This document shows, one piece after another, positions 8,449-17,567 of a DNA stretch of 31,393 nt. The stretch covers positions 1 through 31,393 of the IMG/VR virus record IMGVR_UViG_3300013004_000122; one strand, given 5' to 3'. This stretch comes from a virus. Taxonomy: Duplodnaviria > Caudoviricetes. The translations under genes and the position numbers were made by a program. The notes under the pieces were generated by a model that worked only from the letters and a program-made list of their open reading frames with translations, was not told where the DNA came from and did not search any database. Within the stretch, counting starts at the first letter, position 1. Every line of letters begins with the position of its first letter.

Positions 8449-9159
8449 TCAATCTGGTTAGCAAATGTAGCTGCTAATAGTGTTAAACTTGGATATAATA
8501 CAGCGGTGCTTTCTCTTGAGATGAGAGACAGAAAACTTATTAAACGTCTTGGTGCAAACTTGTTAGGAATTAACATGAAAGAATACAACAAGATGGCCGA
8601 AGATAAGGTATTGATGAAGCAAAAGATTGGAAACATGGGTTATGAAAGTTTACAAGTTCCTGGTAAATTATACGTAAAGGAATTTCCAACTTCATCTGCA
8701 GGTGTTCCTGACATTGAGAGATACTTATTAAAGATGGAAGAACTTAAAGGTATTAAGTTTAAGGTAATTGTACTTGACTATATTAATATCTTAAAGAACT
8801 GGAGAAACCCAAACTCTGAAAATACATACATGAAGATTAAACAAATTGCTGAAGATGCTCGTGCCATGGCAATGAGAAATAACTGGGCAATCGTGACAGC
8901 AACTCAGATTAATCGTTCAGGTTTTGGTAGCACCGACTTATCCGCAACTAACATTTCGGAATCAGCTGCATTAGGACATACCGTAGATGCTATGTTTGGT
9001 ATTATACAAGATGAAATGATGCACGCAAACCGCGAATACATACTCAAACTAATTGCTAACCGTGATGATGGTTACAAAAATGCAAGACAGAAATTTTTAA
9101 TTAACTATGATCTTATGCGAATAACGCAAGACATGGATTCCCAAATGATAACTGAATAA
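8047..9159 (+). CDS. gp41: 134-aa C-intein fused to the helicase (gp41/DnaB-like) C-terminal half
   Basis: The intein ends YYTNGILSHN, followed by Ser+1 (SIWLAN) completing Walker A. Downstream DnaB motifs: LSLEM, VLDYINIL, VTATQINR, ISESAAL. Confidence 0.9.
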   Translation: MKFNQKLEAERPFKKFIETFTFGDSNEEYEVLTDTGWADIKAIGKTVEYEVWSLKTLNHSLRAADTHIVFKKNLSGWFEEVFLNELAIGDTILTESGEELVLSIVNTFKIENMYDLQLMNDNRRYYTNGILSHNSIWLANVAANSVKLGYNTAVLSLEMRDRKLIKRLGANLLGINMKEYNKMAEDKVLMKQKIGNMGYESLQVPGKLYVKEFPTSSAGVPDIERYLLKMEELKGIKFKVIVLDYINILKNWRNPNSENTYMKIKQIAEDARAMAMRNNWAIVTATQINRSGFGSTDLSATNISESAALGHTVDAMFGIIQDEMMHANREYILKLIANRDDGYKNARQKFLINYDLMRITQDMDSQMITE

Positions 9160-9584
9160 TGAAAGAAGACAAAATTTTTAACAACAGGTACAATACAGGT
9201 GAGATAGAATATGAGGTATTTGGCAAAATTCAAGTGCATGATAAATTCTTACCAAAAGATGTATTTGAAGAATATACTAATAGTAAGTTACAAGATGAAC
9301 TGTATGAAATCTTTGCAAACTCAGATTTCTATGAAGAGTATTCAAAAAATAAGAAAGTAGTAAGAAGTGATGTATCACGAGTTTACTACTACTTTGATGA
9401 TAACTTAGAAAATACAAAATCTATTTCACCAATTGAAAAGTTTATTGCTATTGCTGATTTTATGAGCATTCCTTATGAACAGCTTTATGAAGAGTTAGCA
9501 CCGGTGTATAAAGAAGTTCTCTTACGTGAACTTGATGATAAGTACAAGATATTTACCAAACGTAAAATCAAAAGATTGTTCTAA
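9159..9584 (+). CDS. Hypothetical protein, possibly a gp33-like late transcription co-activator
   Basis: The C-terminal half SPIEKFIAIADFMSIPYEQLYEELAPVYKEVLLREL...KRLF loosely resembles gp33, with a clamp-binding-like hydrophobic end. The ORF is solid; the function is a guess. Confidence 0.4.
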   Translation: MKEDKIFNNRYNTGEIEYEVFGKIQVHDKFLPKDVFEEYTNSKLQDELYEIFANSDFYEEYSKNKKVVRSDVSRVYYYFDDNLENTKSISPIEKFIAIADFMSIPYEQLYEELAPVYKEVLLRELDDKYKIFTKRKIKRLF

Positions 9585-9611
9585 AACTAAGTATACTTTT
9601 GTGTATATAAA
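9584..9611 (+). promoter_or_regulatory. Putative middle-type promoter (AAC-N18-TATAA)
   Basis: AAACTAAGTATACTTTTGTGTATATAAA; shares AACTAAGTATACTTTT with the site at 22322. Confidence 0.6.
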
Positions 9612-9631
9612 TTAAAATAGAAAAATCTATA

Positions 9632-10579
9632 ATGGAGCACATTTCACTCATTAACGATATTAGGTGTAACATCGAAATCTCAAAGCAACGCGGGGAGGCT
9701 TATCAAGTAAAAGGGTGGGTGTTTAGTTTTGATAAACAGCTTACCGAAATAAGATACGTAATTGGCTCACACATTAGTAATAGTTTTAATTTAGAAAGTA
9801 GGCCTGATGTTGCCGCCTTTTACAAAAAGTCAATTACTGAAATAAGTGGCTTTAATTTCAAGTTTCCAATAAATGAGGTTAAAGACTCAATTCAATTACA
9901 AGTAAAACAAAATGGTGAGTGGCAAGACTTTTATATCATTAAAGATATAAAGATTGTGCCTTTAATAAATTCTATAGGTTTCAAAAAAAAGAAACCTGAA
10001 TTTTTAGTCGTTGATGATTTTTATGCAGATCCTGAAACAGTCCGTGCTTTTGCTCTTTCTTTAGAATATCAAGAACAGAAAGATTACTTTAAAGGCCAAC
10101 GAACAGACAACAACTATTTTGTTGATGGGACTAAAGAAATGTTTGAATCTTTACTTAATCGTAAGATCACAAATTGGAACCACCCAATGTCAGGTAGGTT
10201 TCAATATTGTACAGCAAACGAACCTATTGTTTATCATCACGATATTCAATCTTTTGCCGCGGTAGTTTACTTAACACCCGAAGCACCGCCTGAAAGTGGT
10301 ACTGCATTTTTCCGTAGAAAAAGTACAAAGCAATATAAAAACTTAACTGATGTAGAAGCAGAACCATTAGGTAAAACTCAAAAGGAACTTCTTTTTGAAA
10401 CCTATTTAGAAAATGCTGTTTATGATAGAACTCGATGGGAACTTATAGATCTTATAGGTAACCGTTATAACCGTCTAGTTATTTGGGACGCTCAACTATT
10501 TCATGCAGCTAATTCTTACTTTGGTGGTAGTATTAATGACTCAAGATTATTTCACATTTTCTTTTTCGACGCAGAATAA
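9632..10579 (+). CDS. 2OG-Fe(II) oxygenase-like protein (DUF6445-like) with an extra N-terminal beta domain
   Basis: VVDDFYADPETVRAFAL, HHD, AAVVYLTPEAPPESGT, NRYNRLVIWDAQLFHAA, RLFHIFFFD. The N-terminal ~115 aa contain VKGWVF...RPDVAAFY...SGF. Confidence 0.7.
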   Translation: MEHISLINDIRCNIEISKQRGEAYQVKGWVFSFDKQLTEIRYVIGSHISNSFNLESRPDVAAFYKKSITEISGFNFKFPINEVKDSIQLQVKQNGEWQDFYIIKDIKIVPLINSIGFKKKKPEFLVVDDFYADPETVRAFALSLEYQEQKDYFKGQRTDNNYFVDGTKEMFESLLNRKITNWNHPMSGRFQYCTANEPIVYHHDIQSFAAVVYLTPEAPPESGTAFFRRKSTKQYKNLTDVEAEPLGKTQKELLFETYLENAVYDRTRWELIDLIGNRYNRLVIWDAQLFHAANSYFGGSINDSRLFHIFFFDAE

Positions 10580-10582
10580 CTT

Positions 10583-11692
10583 ATGGTACAAATTGATGCA
10601 AAAAGAATCTGGCTTATATCAGATACACACTTAGGAGTTAGAACAAACTCGAGAGAGTGGATGGATATAATTGAGGATTACTTTAAGAATACTTTTATTC
10701 CTTTGTTGAAAAGAGAATCAAAACCCGGTGATGTGCTTGTACACTGTGGCGATGTTTTTGACTCAAGACAATCAATTAATCTTTATGTTTTAAATAAAGG
10801 TCTTGAAATCTTTGAGGAAATTAACAAGATTATGCCAATTTATATGATCATCGGTAATCATGATATTTTTATGAAATACTCTAACGATATTAATTCGTTA
10901 AAGATATTCAAGCACATGCCAGACATTCATATTTACCAAGAACCTACTATTGCTCAACTTGGTCCTAAAAAAGCTCTATTCATGCCGTGGGTTGAGGATT
11001 CAAATGAATTTGCTGAAATTGTAAATGCTCATGAAAACCGAGCTGATATTATGTTTTGTCATACAGACATCAAAGGAATGTCCTTTAATAAGTTCGTTAA
11101 GATTGAGGAAGGTTCTGATCCTGATAAGTTCTCTCACTTTGAAAGGGTTTACTCTGGCCATATTCACTATGCTCAAAAATACAAGAACGTAAGAATGCTT
11201 GGGTGTCCTTATGAACTAACTCGTTCTGATAGTGGTAATAAGAAATCCGTTTGGTTACTTGACCTTGAAACCAATGAAGAAAGAAGTTTTGAAAATACAA
11301 GATCACCTAGATTTGTAAAATATAGACTAGAGTGGATATTAGAACAACCAATTGGAAAATTACAGGAGATGTTTAACAATAACTTTGTTGATATTCTTGT
11401 AACGCCTACCTGGTCTCTTAAGTTTCCATTCTCTATGTTTGCTGAAAAATTCAGTGGGTATAGAAAAATCAACCCTATCATTACTGAAGGCGAAGAAATC
11501 ATGACCGAGGACGGTGAGATTGTTGAATCATATGAAGAAATTAATTTATCCAATCTAATTGAAAAGCACATTGATTCTTTACCATATTCAGAAAACGTTA
11601 AAGAAAACCTTAAGAAGGTAAGTTCTAAATTTTATCAAGAAACATTAAAAGAACTTGAAGAAAAACGATCATATGAAAATCAAATCGATTAG
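10583..11692 (+). CDS. gp47: Recombination nuclease, Mre11/SbcD-like (T4 gp47)
   Basis: Metallophosphoesterase motifs SDTHLG, GDVFD, GNHD, FCH, SGHIH. Confidence 0.92.
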   Translation: MVQIDAKRIWLISDTHLGVRTNSREWMDIIEDYFKNTFIPLLKRESKPGDVLVHCGDVFDSRQSINLYVLNKGLEIFEEINKIMPIYMIIGNHDIFMKYSNDINSLKIFKHMPDIHIYQEPTIAQLGPKKALFMPWVEDSNEFAEIVNAHENRADIMFCHTDIKGMSFNKFVKIEEGSDPDKFSHFERVYSGHIHYAQKYKNVRMLGCPYELTRSDSGNKKSVWLLDLETNEERSFENTRSPRFVKYRLEWILEQPIGKLQEMFNNNFVDILVTPTWSLKFPFSMFAEKFSGYRKINPIITEGEEIMTEDGEIVESYEEINLSNLIEKHIDSLPYSENVKENLKKVSSKFYQETLKELEEKRSYENQID

Positions 11693-11694
11693 TT

Positions 11695-13371
11695 ATGAAA
11701 ATAAAGAGCCTAGAATGGAAAAATTTTGGTAGTTATGGAAATTCAAATCAGAAAATTGAATTTGATAGCAAACAAGGTAATTTCTATCTAATAGTTGGAG
11801 GAAACGGAGCTGGAAAGTCTACTATTTCTGATGTTATCAAGTTTGGTTTATATGGTCGAGTTGATAGTAAGAAATTAAGAGAACTGCCAAATCGTTTCAA
11901 TAACAACTTAATGGCAAAAATAGTAATAGAAAAGAATCCTACTACTACGGCAACTATTGAAAGAGGTATTGCACCAAACCATTTTAGGCTACTTATTAAT
12001 GGTGTTGAGTATGACCAGGCTGGTAAGAAAAACATACAAGAATATCTTGAAGAAGAAATCTTAGGAATACCTTATTATGTGTTTAATAACATGGTGTCAC
12101 TTTCTATTAATGACTTTAAGAGTTTTATTAGTATGGGTGCACATGATAAACGAATGATTATTGATAGATTGTTTGGTTTGGAAATCTTAGGCCATATTAA
12201 GTGGAAGATTAAGTATAAATTAAAAATACTTAAAGAATACCTTGACAATATCGATACTGAAATCTCTGTTCTTGAAAGAAGTATACAAACTTCAAACCAA
12301 GAATTGGAAAACTTAAATGAAAAACTTAAAACTGCTGGTGAAGAAAAACGCAAGGACTTAATTGAAAAGATTGAAAAATATCAAGAATTTATTGCAAATG
12401 CAGGAGCTAAGTTACAGGAAATTGCTGAAAAGGATAAAGAAATTCAAGATGCAATGAATCTTTGGAATAGTAAGTTAAGCGAGCAAAAAGCAGAAGAAAG
12501 AATCTGTACTGAAAAGATTCACCTTTATGAAAAAGGAAAATGTCCAACATGTGAAAGCGACTTAACTACCGATGCTCATAAATCCATGCTTGAGGATTTC
12601 TTACGTAGAAATGAAGATGCTAAAAATCTTGCATCAGAGATTAAAGATAAATCTACAGCTTTACATGAAAAACAAAAGGCTGTTAGAAAAATATATGATG
12701 AGGTTCGTGGTAAAAAAACTACTGCTGAAACTCATATATCATCATGGAGAAACGAATTAACTAAACTTAATGAAGGCAGTGTTGATAATTCTCAAACTGA
12801 ATCTTTAGAAAATATCATTGATGATGCTAAAGAAAAGAAAACCGGTGCTATTGTTAAAAAGAGTGAAGAAGAAAAGAAAGGTAGTTTCTTAAGAATCGTT
12901 GAAGATGTCTTTGGTGATAAAGGTGTTAAGTTATCTGCGTTAAAAAGAATTGTTCCATTACTTAACGCTGAAATTCGTAAAGTAATGGCTGATCTAAACA
13001 TGGATTACCGAGTTACTTTTAACGAAGAGTTTGATGTTGACATTCAACATTTAGGATTTAAAGTTTCTCCTGAGCAATTAAGTACAGGTGAAAGGAAGAA
13101 AGTAGACTTTGCAACCTTGGTTGCTTTAATCCGTTTAATGAAAATTAGGTTTGCCGGTCTTAACTTAACTTTTCTTGATGAAATCTTTTCTTCCATTGAC
13201 GCGGATGGTATACATCATATCTTAAAAGTATTACATAAAACCTGTCGTGAATTGAATCTTAACATATTTGTAATTAATCACAGTCAGTTACCAACCGAAA
13301 TCTTTGATTATCGTTTGGAAATTCAAAAGAACAATGGTTTTTCTAATTTAATCATAGAAAAGATTAGTTGA
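11695..13371 (+). CDS. gp46: Recombination ATPase, Rad50/SbcC-like (T4 gp46)
   Basis: Walker A GGNGAGKST, coiled coil with CPTC zinc hook, signature LSTGE, Walker B FLDEIFSSID, INH. Confidence 0.93.
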   Translation: MKIKSLEWKNFGSYGNSNQKIEFDSKQGNFYLIVGGNGAGKSTISDVIKFGLYGRVDSKKLRELPNRFNNNLMAKIVIEKNPTTTATIERGIAPNHFRLLINGVEYDQAGKKNIQEYLEEEILGIPYYVFNNMVSLSINDFKSFISMGAHDKRMIIDRLFGLEILGHIKWKIKYKLKILKEYLDNIDTEISVLERSIQTSNQELENLNEKLKTAGEEKRKDLIEKIEKYQEFIANAGAKLQEIAEKDKEIQDAMNLWNSKLSEQKAEERICTEKIHLYEKGKCPTCESDLTTDAHKSMLEDFLRRNEDAKNLASEIKDKSTALHEKQKAVRKIYDEVRGKKTTAETHISSWRNELTKLNEGSVDNSQTESLENIIDDAKEKKTGAIVKKSEEEKKGSFLRIVEDVFGDKGVKLSALKRIVPLLNAEIRKVMADLNMDYRVTFNEEFDVDIQHLGFKVSPEQLSTGERKKVDFATLVALIRLMKIRFAGLNLTFLDEIFSSIDADGIHHILKVLHKTCRELNLNIFVINHSQLPTEIFDYRLEIQKNNGFSNLIIEKIS

Positions 13372-13377
13372 TATATA
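13370..13377 (+). promoter_or_regulatory. Putative late promoter (GATATATA)
   Basis: Recurrent motif immediately before virion genes. Confidence 0.5.
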
Positions 13378-13383
13378 AACTAA

Positions 13384-14952
13384 ATGGCAAAGACAAACTT
13401 CTTACATAAGTATAATACGGACAACGTACATTCGCGAGCTGTCATAGTGGGGCTTGTGAATTTACTTAATACCCGTGTGCAATATGAGAATATATTGTCT
13501 GACACAAACATAGATTTAGTTACCGTCCCTTTCTTTTATAGCATGACTGGTGACGAAAGATTCTTACAAGATTACTTCTTAGAGTGGAACGATTGTGTTC
13601 ACCCAAAAATTGCAGATGGCAACTATGATGTAATACCTCGTGGTATTGTTACACTGACAGCAAATACTATTAATACAACAGTAATGACTCACAGATTTGT
13701 TCGTGGTAGTTATGTTAAAGAAGTAGCTGGTCAGTTACAAACATATAATGCTTTCTTAAATTCAATTCCGTTGTCAATGACTTTTGACGTTCAGATTGAA
13801 ACTGATACAAATCTTGATGCATTTAAGATACAGCAATCAATAATTGAAACTTTCTATAAGACTCAAGTTTATTCTGTAAGTTACAAAGGATTTCGAGTTC
13901 CTTGTCAAGTAGGTTTTCCCGAAGATTACGGTCTTGACAAAACTTTTGAGTTTACATATCAATCAGATTCAAAGCTTAACATTAAGTTTTCACTTTCTAT
14001 AGAAACTTACATGCCTGTTATTGATCCAACTACTGAAAGAAAAAATTCGAATCGTATTACATCGCAGGGCGGACCTGGTTTAGGTTTAATAGAATTTAAT
14101 GATAAAAGTATTCTAAAGTTTGCTTTTAACACTCCTACGCCAAATGCAACATATTTTTCAGGCAGTACTCTTCATATTTCTTGGACAAACACAGGAACTA
14201 TTCTAAGAACAAACATTTATTATAGATTTGCTGGTTTAGGCGGGGACTGGTTATTGATGGCAAGATCCGCAAAAAACAAAGGAACATTTGATTGGAACAT
14301 TCCGTTTTTAAACATTAGTGGAGATACTGTTGCAAACGATCCTATTAGAGCAACCGCGGTTTCGGTAACAGGTAAAGGAGCTAAACTTAGAGCAATTATA
14401 GACGTAAACGGAGAAGTTGAAAAAATAATAATTTTTGATGGTGGGTTTGCTTATACAAACGGAGATACTATAGAAGTATCTCCGTTAATCTTACCACCTC
14501 CGGGTATTTCTGCTTTTGTTGCGCCAGAAATTACAGCTAATGTTCAAGATGGGAGAATTATTGGATATCAAATATTAGATCCAGGATCTGGATTTTCTCC
14601 AACGCCAACTAATTACATTGAACTAAAAATTGAAAGTGCAGTTGATGATTCAATTTATCAAGTGTATGAAACCTCATTTTTCTTTAAAGGGGATACTGAC
14701 CCGTTCTTTGATCCAGGCGGCCCAGGAATGAAACAAGTAAAAAACCTTAACCCTACTGTAGCTGATCTTATTGCACAAGGAGTGGTTCTTGTAGACCAAA
14801 CAATCTCAGGACCAGGAACGGAATTAGGGTCAAAAATCGTATCCGCTGATGCGATAAATAATTTATTAGTTATTAATAAAGATGTTACCCTTCTTATTTC
14901 AGATGGGGAATATACTTTAGAAAAACAAACTGCAATCTTCGAAATACAGTGA
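13384..14952 (+). CDS. Tail sheath stabiliser/terminator (gp15-like) with long C-terminal beta-rich extension
   Basis: N-terminal ~230 aa: VPFFYS...ERFL...IPRGIV...PLSMTFDVQI...DAFKIQQSIIETF...FSLSIETYMP. C-terminal Ig-like and GxGY-type repeats (DGGFAYT, DPGSGFS). Confidence 0.6.
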   Translation: MAKTNFLHKYNTDNVHSRAVIVGLVNLLNTRVQYENILSDTNIDLVTVPFFYSMTGDERFLQDYFLEWNDCVHPKIADGNYDVIPRGIVTLTANTINTTVMTHRFVRGSYVKEVAGQLQTYNAFLNSIPLSMTFDVQIETDTNLDAFKIQQSIIETFYKTQVYSVSYKGFRVPCQVGFPEDYGLDKTFEFTYQSDSKLNIKFSLSIETYMPVIDPTTERKNSNRITSQGGPGLGLIEFNDKSILKFAFNTPTPNATYFSGSTLHISWTNTGTILRTNIYYRFAGLGGDWLLMARSAKNKGTFDWNIPFLNISGDTVANDPIRATAVSVTGKGAKLRAIIDVNGEVEKIIIFDGGFAYTNGDTIEVSPLILPPPGISAFVAPEITANVQDGRIIGYQILDPGSGFSPTPTNYIELKIESAVDDSIYQVYETSFFFKGDTDPFFDPGGPGMKQVKNLNPTVADLIAQGVVLVDQTISGPGTELGSKIVSADAINNLLVINKDVTLLISDGEYTLEKQTAIFEIQ

Positions 14953-14973
14953 TAAAAATGTAATTAAGAAGCA

Positions 14974-14982
14974 GAATATATA
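14974..14982 (+). promoter_or_regulatory. Putative late promoter (GAATATATA)
   Basis: Recurrent motif in the intergenic region before 15009. Confidence 0.55.
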
Positions 14983-15008
14983 GTATAGATTAAAAATATC
15001 AACAAAAA

Positions 15009-16595
15009 ATGTCAAATCTTAAGAAAAGAGTAGAAGTTCTTCTTGGTGCAACACAAATACCAGAAGTTCGTGAGGCTTGTACTGATGCTTTATCCAAATT
15101 CTCGGGAAGTATTGTTCCGACTACGCCATATAGCCAGTCAAGTGTTATCGAAGAATCCATCGTAAATACATTAATTGAGTTAATTGAAAACATTGACGAA
15201 AACATTACAAAAGATTTTGTTAATGTAGAAAAAAGAATCATGGGAATGAATAACCTTGGTGTTCGTAAAGCAATCGCTGCTGTTATGGAAGACGAGTTAT
15301 CTAAACACCCTACTGTTCATTACATTATAGAAAGTCTTAAACGTTTAAATGATGTTCCTGAGTGGATCGCAGCTAATACTGCTATGGAAGCTCTTGCTAA
15401 TTTTGAATGGTCTCCAGTAGTTCGCGAGCACTTAAGTATTCTTAAGGAAAACTCTGCTAAATATGCTGAGGATATTAAAATATACAAAGCTGTTGCTGAA
15501 GCTAAAAGCTCAAGATCTTCATATCTTATGACTGGATTAGAAAAAGATGTAGATTCTTACTTAAATCGTAGAACTGCTACTAATCGTGCTAAGTTAATGG
15601 AATCTTTAAACAAATTTATTTTTGATCCAGCAATCAAAAATCTTTACAATATCGTTGCAGAGTCTGCTAACGGTTTTCAAATTAAAGCTGATTCTAATGA
15701 TGCTTATTTTAGAAATGTATATTCTCCAGTTTATGTAAATGAAGGTGTTGAGAATTTCTTCGTATTTGGTAAAGCATTCGGCAAAAAGGGTGATAATGTT
15801 ACTCCACTTACTGAAGCTGAAATGGAGTATCTCCCAGAAAACTTTATGTGGATGGCAAACTTCCTATTACAACCAAACGTTGAAATTTCTGAAAGCGGAA
15901 TTAAAATCTTTTCAAGAGATAAGAAAGTTGAAATCGTTGAAGAAAACAACACACCTGTTGTAAAAATCAACAGCAAATCAGTTACTAACGCTGATTTTGA
16001 AAAAGTTTACTTAAACTCCGGGATCTTTAGGGTTGAGGAAAGAGAAGTTCTTTCTTCAGTATATAAAATCGTTGAAAATTGGGATTCTATCTTTGAGTTG
16101 GATTTTGTAAAATCAATCTTCTCTCATTCAAATCCTAATCGCCGTGTAGATATCTTTAATACAGGAGATAAACTTCACATAAATAAAATTGATACTATCA
16201 TGAATGAAAACGTTTTCATTGCTGATTGTAACGGTACTCAATCACGTAACATGGTTCTTGAATTTATGAATTATGATTTAGGAAAAACGTTCTCTAACAT
16301 GCTTTCTAATGATGAGGTTAAAATTAATGAACTTGAGGCAAAAAGAAAAGAACATCTTGATGCTATTGCATTCCTTGAAACTCGTAAAGTTAAAATCGAC
16401 AGCATTGAAGACAGCGCTGTTCGTGAATCTGAAGAAGTTAAAGAAATCTTTGAAGCAATCAACGAAGAAATCACTCGTCTTAAAGAATCTTATGCTAATG
16501 TATCTAATGAAATTAAAAATTTTACAACAGTTTCTGAAGGAGTTGGTGTAAATGTTAACGATGAAGTTGAGCATTTAAAAAAAAAGCAAGAGTAA
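15009..16595 (+). CDS. Hypothetical late (probably virion/head-associated) protein, 528 aa, with C-terminal coiled coil
   Basis: Long ORF with strong codon bias after a late-type motif; ends HLKKKQE* across a slippery A9 run. Confidence 0.75.
   Translation: MSNLKKRVEVLLGATQIPEVREACTDALSKFSGSIVPTTPYSQSSVIEESIVNTLIELIENIDENITKDFVNVEKRIMGMNNLGVRKAIAAVMEDELSKHPTVHYIIESLKRLNDVPEWIAANTAMEALANFEWSPVVREHLSILKENSAKYAEDIKIYKAVAEAKSSRSSYLMTGLEKDVDSYLNRRTATNRAKLMESLNKFIFDPAIKNLYNIVAESANGFQIKADSNDAYFRNVYSPVYVNEGVENFFVFGKAFGKKGDNVTPLTEAEMEYLPENFMWMANFLLQPNVEISESGIKIFSRDKKVEIVEENNTPVVKINSKSVTNADFEKVYLNSGIFRVEEREVLSSVYKIVENWDSIFELDFVKSIFSHSNPNRRVDIFNTGDKLHINKIDTIMNENVFIADCNGTQSRNMVLEFMNYDLGKTFSNMLSNDEVKINELEAKRKEHLDAIAFLETRKVKIDSIEDSAVRESEEVKEIFEAINEEITRLKESYANVSNEIKNFTTVSEGVGVNVNDEVEHLKKKQE
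16574..16586 (+). other. Putative -1 frameshift (slippery) site TTTAAAAAAAAAG
   Basis: Three overlapping in-frame heptamers (T TTA AAA, A AAA AAA, A AAA AAG). The -1 frame opens at 16571 and stays open to 17215. Confidence 0.65.
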
Positions 16596-17215
16596 CAGGT
16601 CTTAGTCAATCTGATAAAGAAATCACTTTACAATATGAAGATGGGAAAACTGCTAAAGTAGATCCAACAGAAATTAAAGTACTTAAAAAAGCCTCCTCGG
16701 CACAACCTGGCAACGATCTTGAGATAATTACTCAAATTGACGGTGCTACAGTTGGTGTCAAGGAGGCTAAAGAGTTTGTAAAAGGCAAACTTAAAGATAG
16801 CTACTCAGGACCAGGTGCTGGTGAAGAGGTTATGATTAAAGCACTTGACTTCACAAAGAAAGGTGATGAAGATGACATTACAATTCTATATGGTGGAGGT
16901 AAAGAAATCCAAATAAAGAAGAAATTTGTAGAACCTACGGAACTATTTGAAACTGGTGTATATAATTCTGAAACGGATACCAATACTAATCCTAAAACTA
17001 GTGAAAACCAACCAGATGCGATTGGGGCAGTAGTTGATAGATTATCAGAAAGACTGAAAGAAATAACGCATTCGCTTGAAGAAATGAGATTATTTGTAAA
17101 AGATAATTCATCTTTATCTCATGATTCACTTGATAAGTGTATTAATGAATTAGGTTTTTATTTAAAAAGTCTAGAGGAAGAAGTTAAAACCGGTACTTCC
17201 GCAATTGTAAATTAA
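16586..17215 (+). CDS. -1 frame extension of the 15009 protein (includes track ORF 16832-17215); fusion about 735 aa
   Basis: 82 sense codons with no ATG/GTG/TTG precede the ATG at 16832: ARVTGLSQSDKEITLQYEDGKTAKVDPTEIKVLKK...; they read as genuine protein. Confidence 0.7.
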   Translation, partial: ARVTGLSQSDKEITLQYEDGKTAKVDPTEIKVLKKASSAQPGNDLEIITQIDGATVGVKEAKEFVKGKLKDSYSGPGAGEEVMIKALDFTKKGDEDDITILYGGGKEIQIKKKFVEPTELFETGVYNSETDTNTNPKTSENQPDAIGAVVDRLSERLKEITHSLEEMRLFVKDNSSLSHDSLDKCINELGFYLKSLEEEVKTGTSAIVN

Positions 17216-17222
17216 ATAACAA

Positions 17223-17567
17223 ATGGCAAATTACGTAGAACCAGAAGAGCTTAAAAAAGAAGTTCTAATATCACTTGAAAAGGGTGAACTAACTCCAAGA
17301 GCTATCGAAATCTTTCAAAGAATGGCAAAAGAAATGTCAAAAAAGTTTCGCTACAAAGATGAAGAAGATCGTAAAGATTGTATAGCATTTGCTATGATGG
17401 ATGTTATAAGATATTGGAAAAGTTTTAATCCTGAAAAATCTAAATATCCATTTGCTTACTATACGCAAATACTAAAGAACGGATTCGCAAAGGGCTGGCG
17501 AAAGCTACATCCAATTAGTTCACTAGACCAAGTATCTATTAACAGCGATAACTTCTATAGTATTTAA
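17223..17567 (+). CDS. gp55: Late-transcription sigma factor (T4 gp55-like)
   Basis: NYVEPEEL...DCIAFAMMDVIRYWKSFNPEKSKYPFAYYTQILKNGF is a gp55-type sigma region 2; only 114 aa. Confidence 0.82.
   Translation: MANYVEPEELKKEVLISLEKGELTPRAIEIFQRMAKEMSKKFRYKDEEDRKDCIAFAMMDVIRYWKSFNPEKSKYPFAYYTQILKNGFAKGWRKLHPISSLDQVSINSDNFYSI

Noticed and set aside
9980-9999. In-frame A AAA AAG at the domain junction of the 9632 gene, with a -1 stop soon after
   Set aside because: A8 runs are common in this AT-rich sequence (also in the polymerase and 27745 genes), and nothing independent supports a shift here.
16536-16542. GAAGGAG as an internal Shine-Dalgarno stimulating the frameshift
   Set aside because: More than 30 nt upstream of the slippery site, too far for the known mechanism, and the genome does not appear to use SD sequences.
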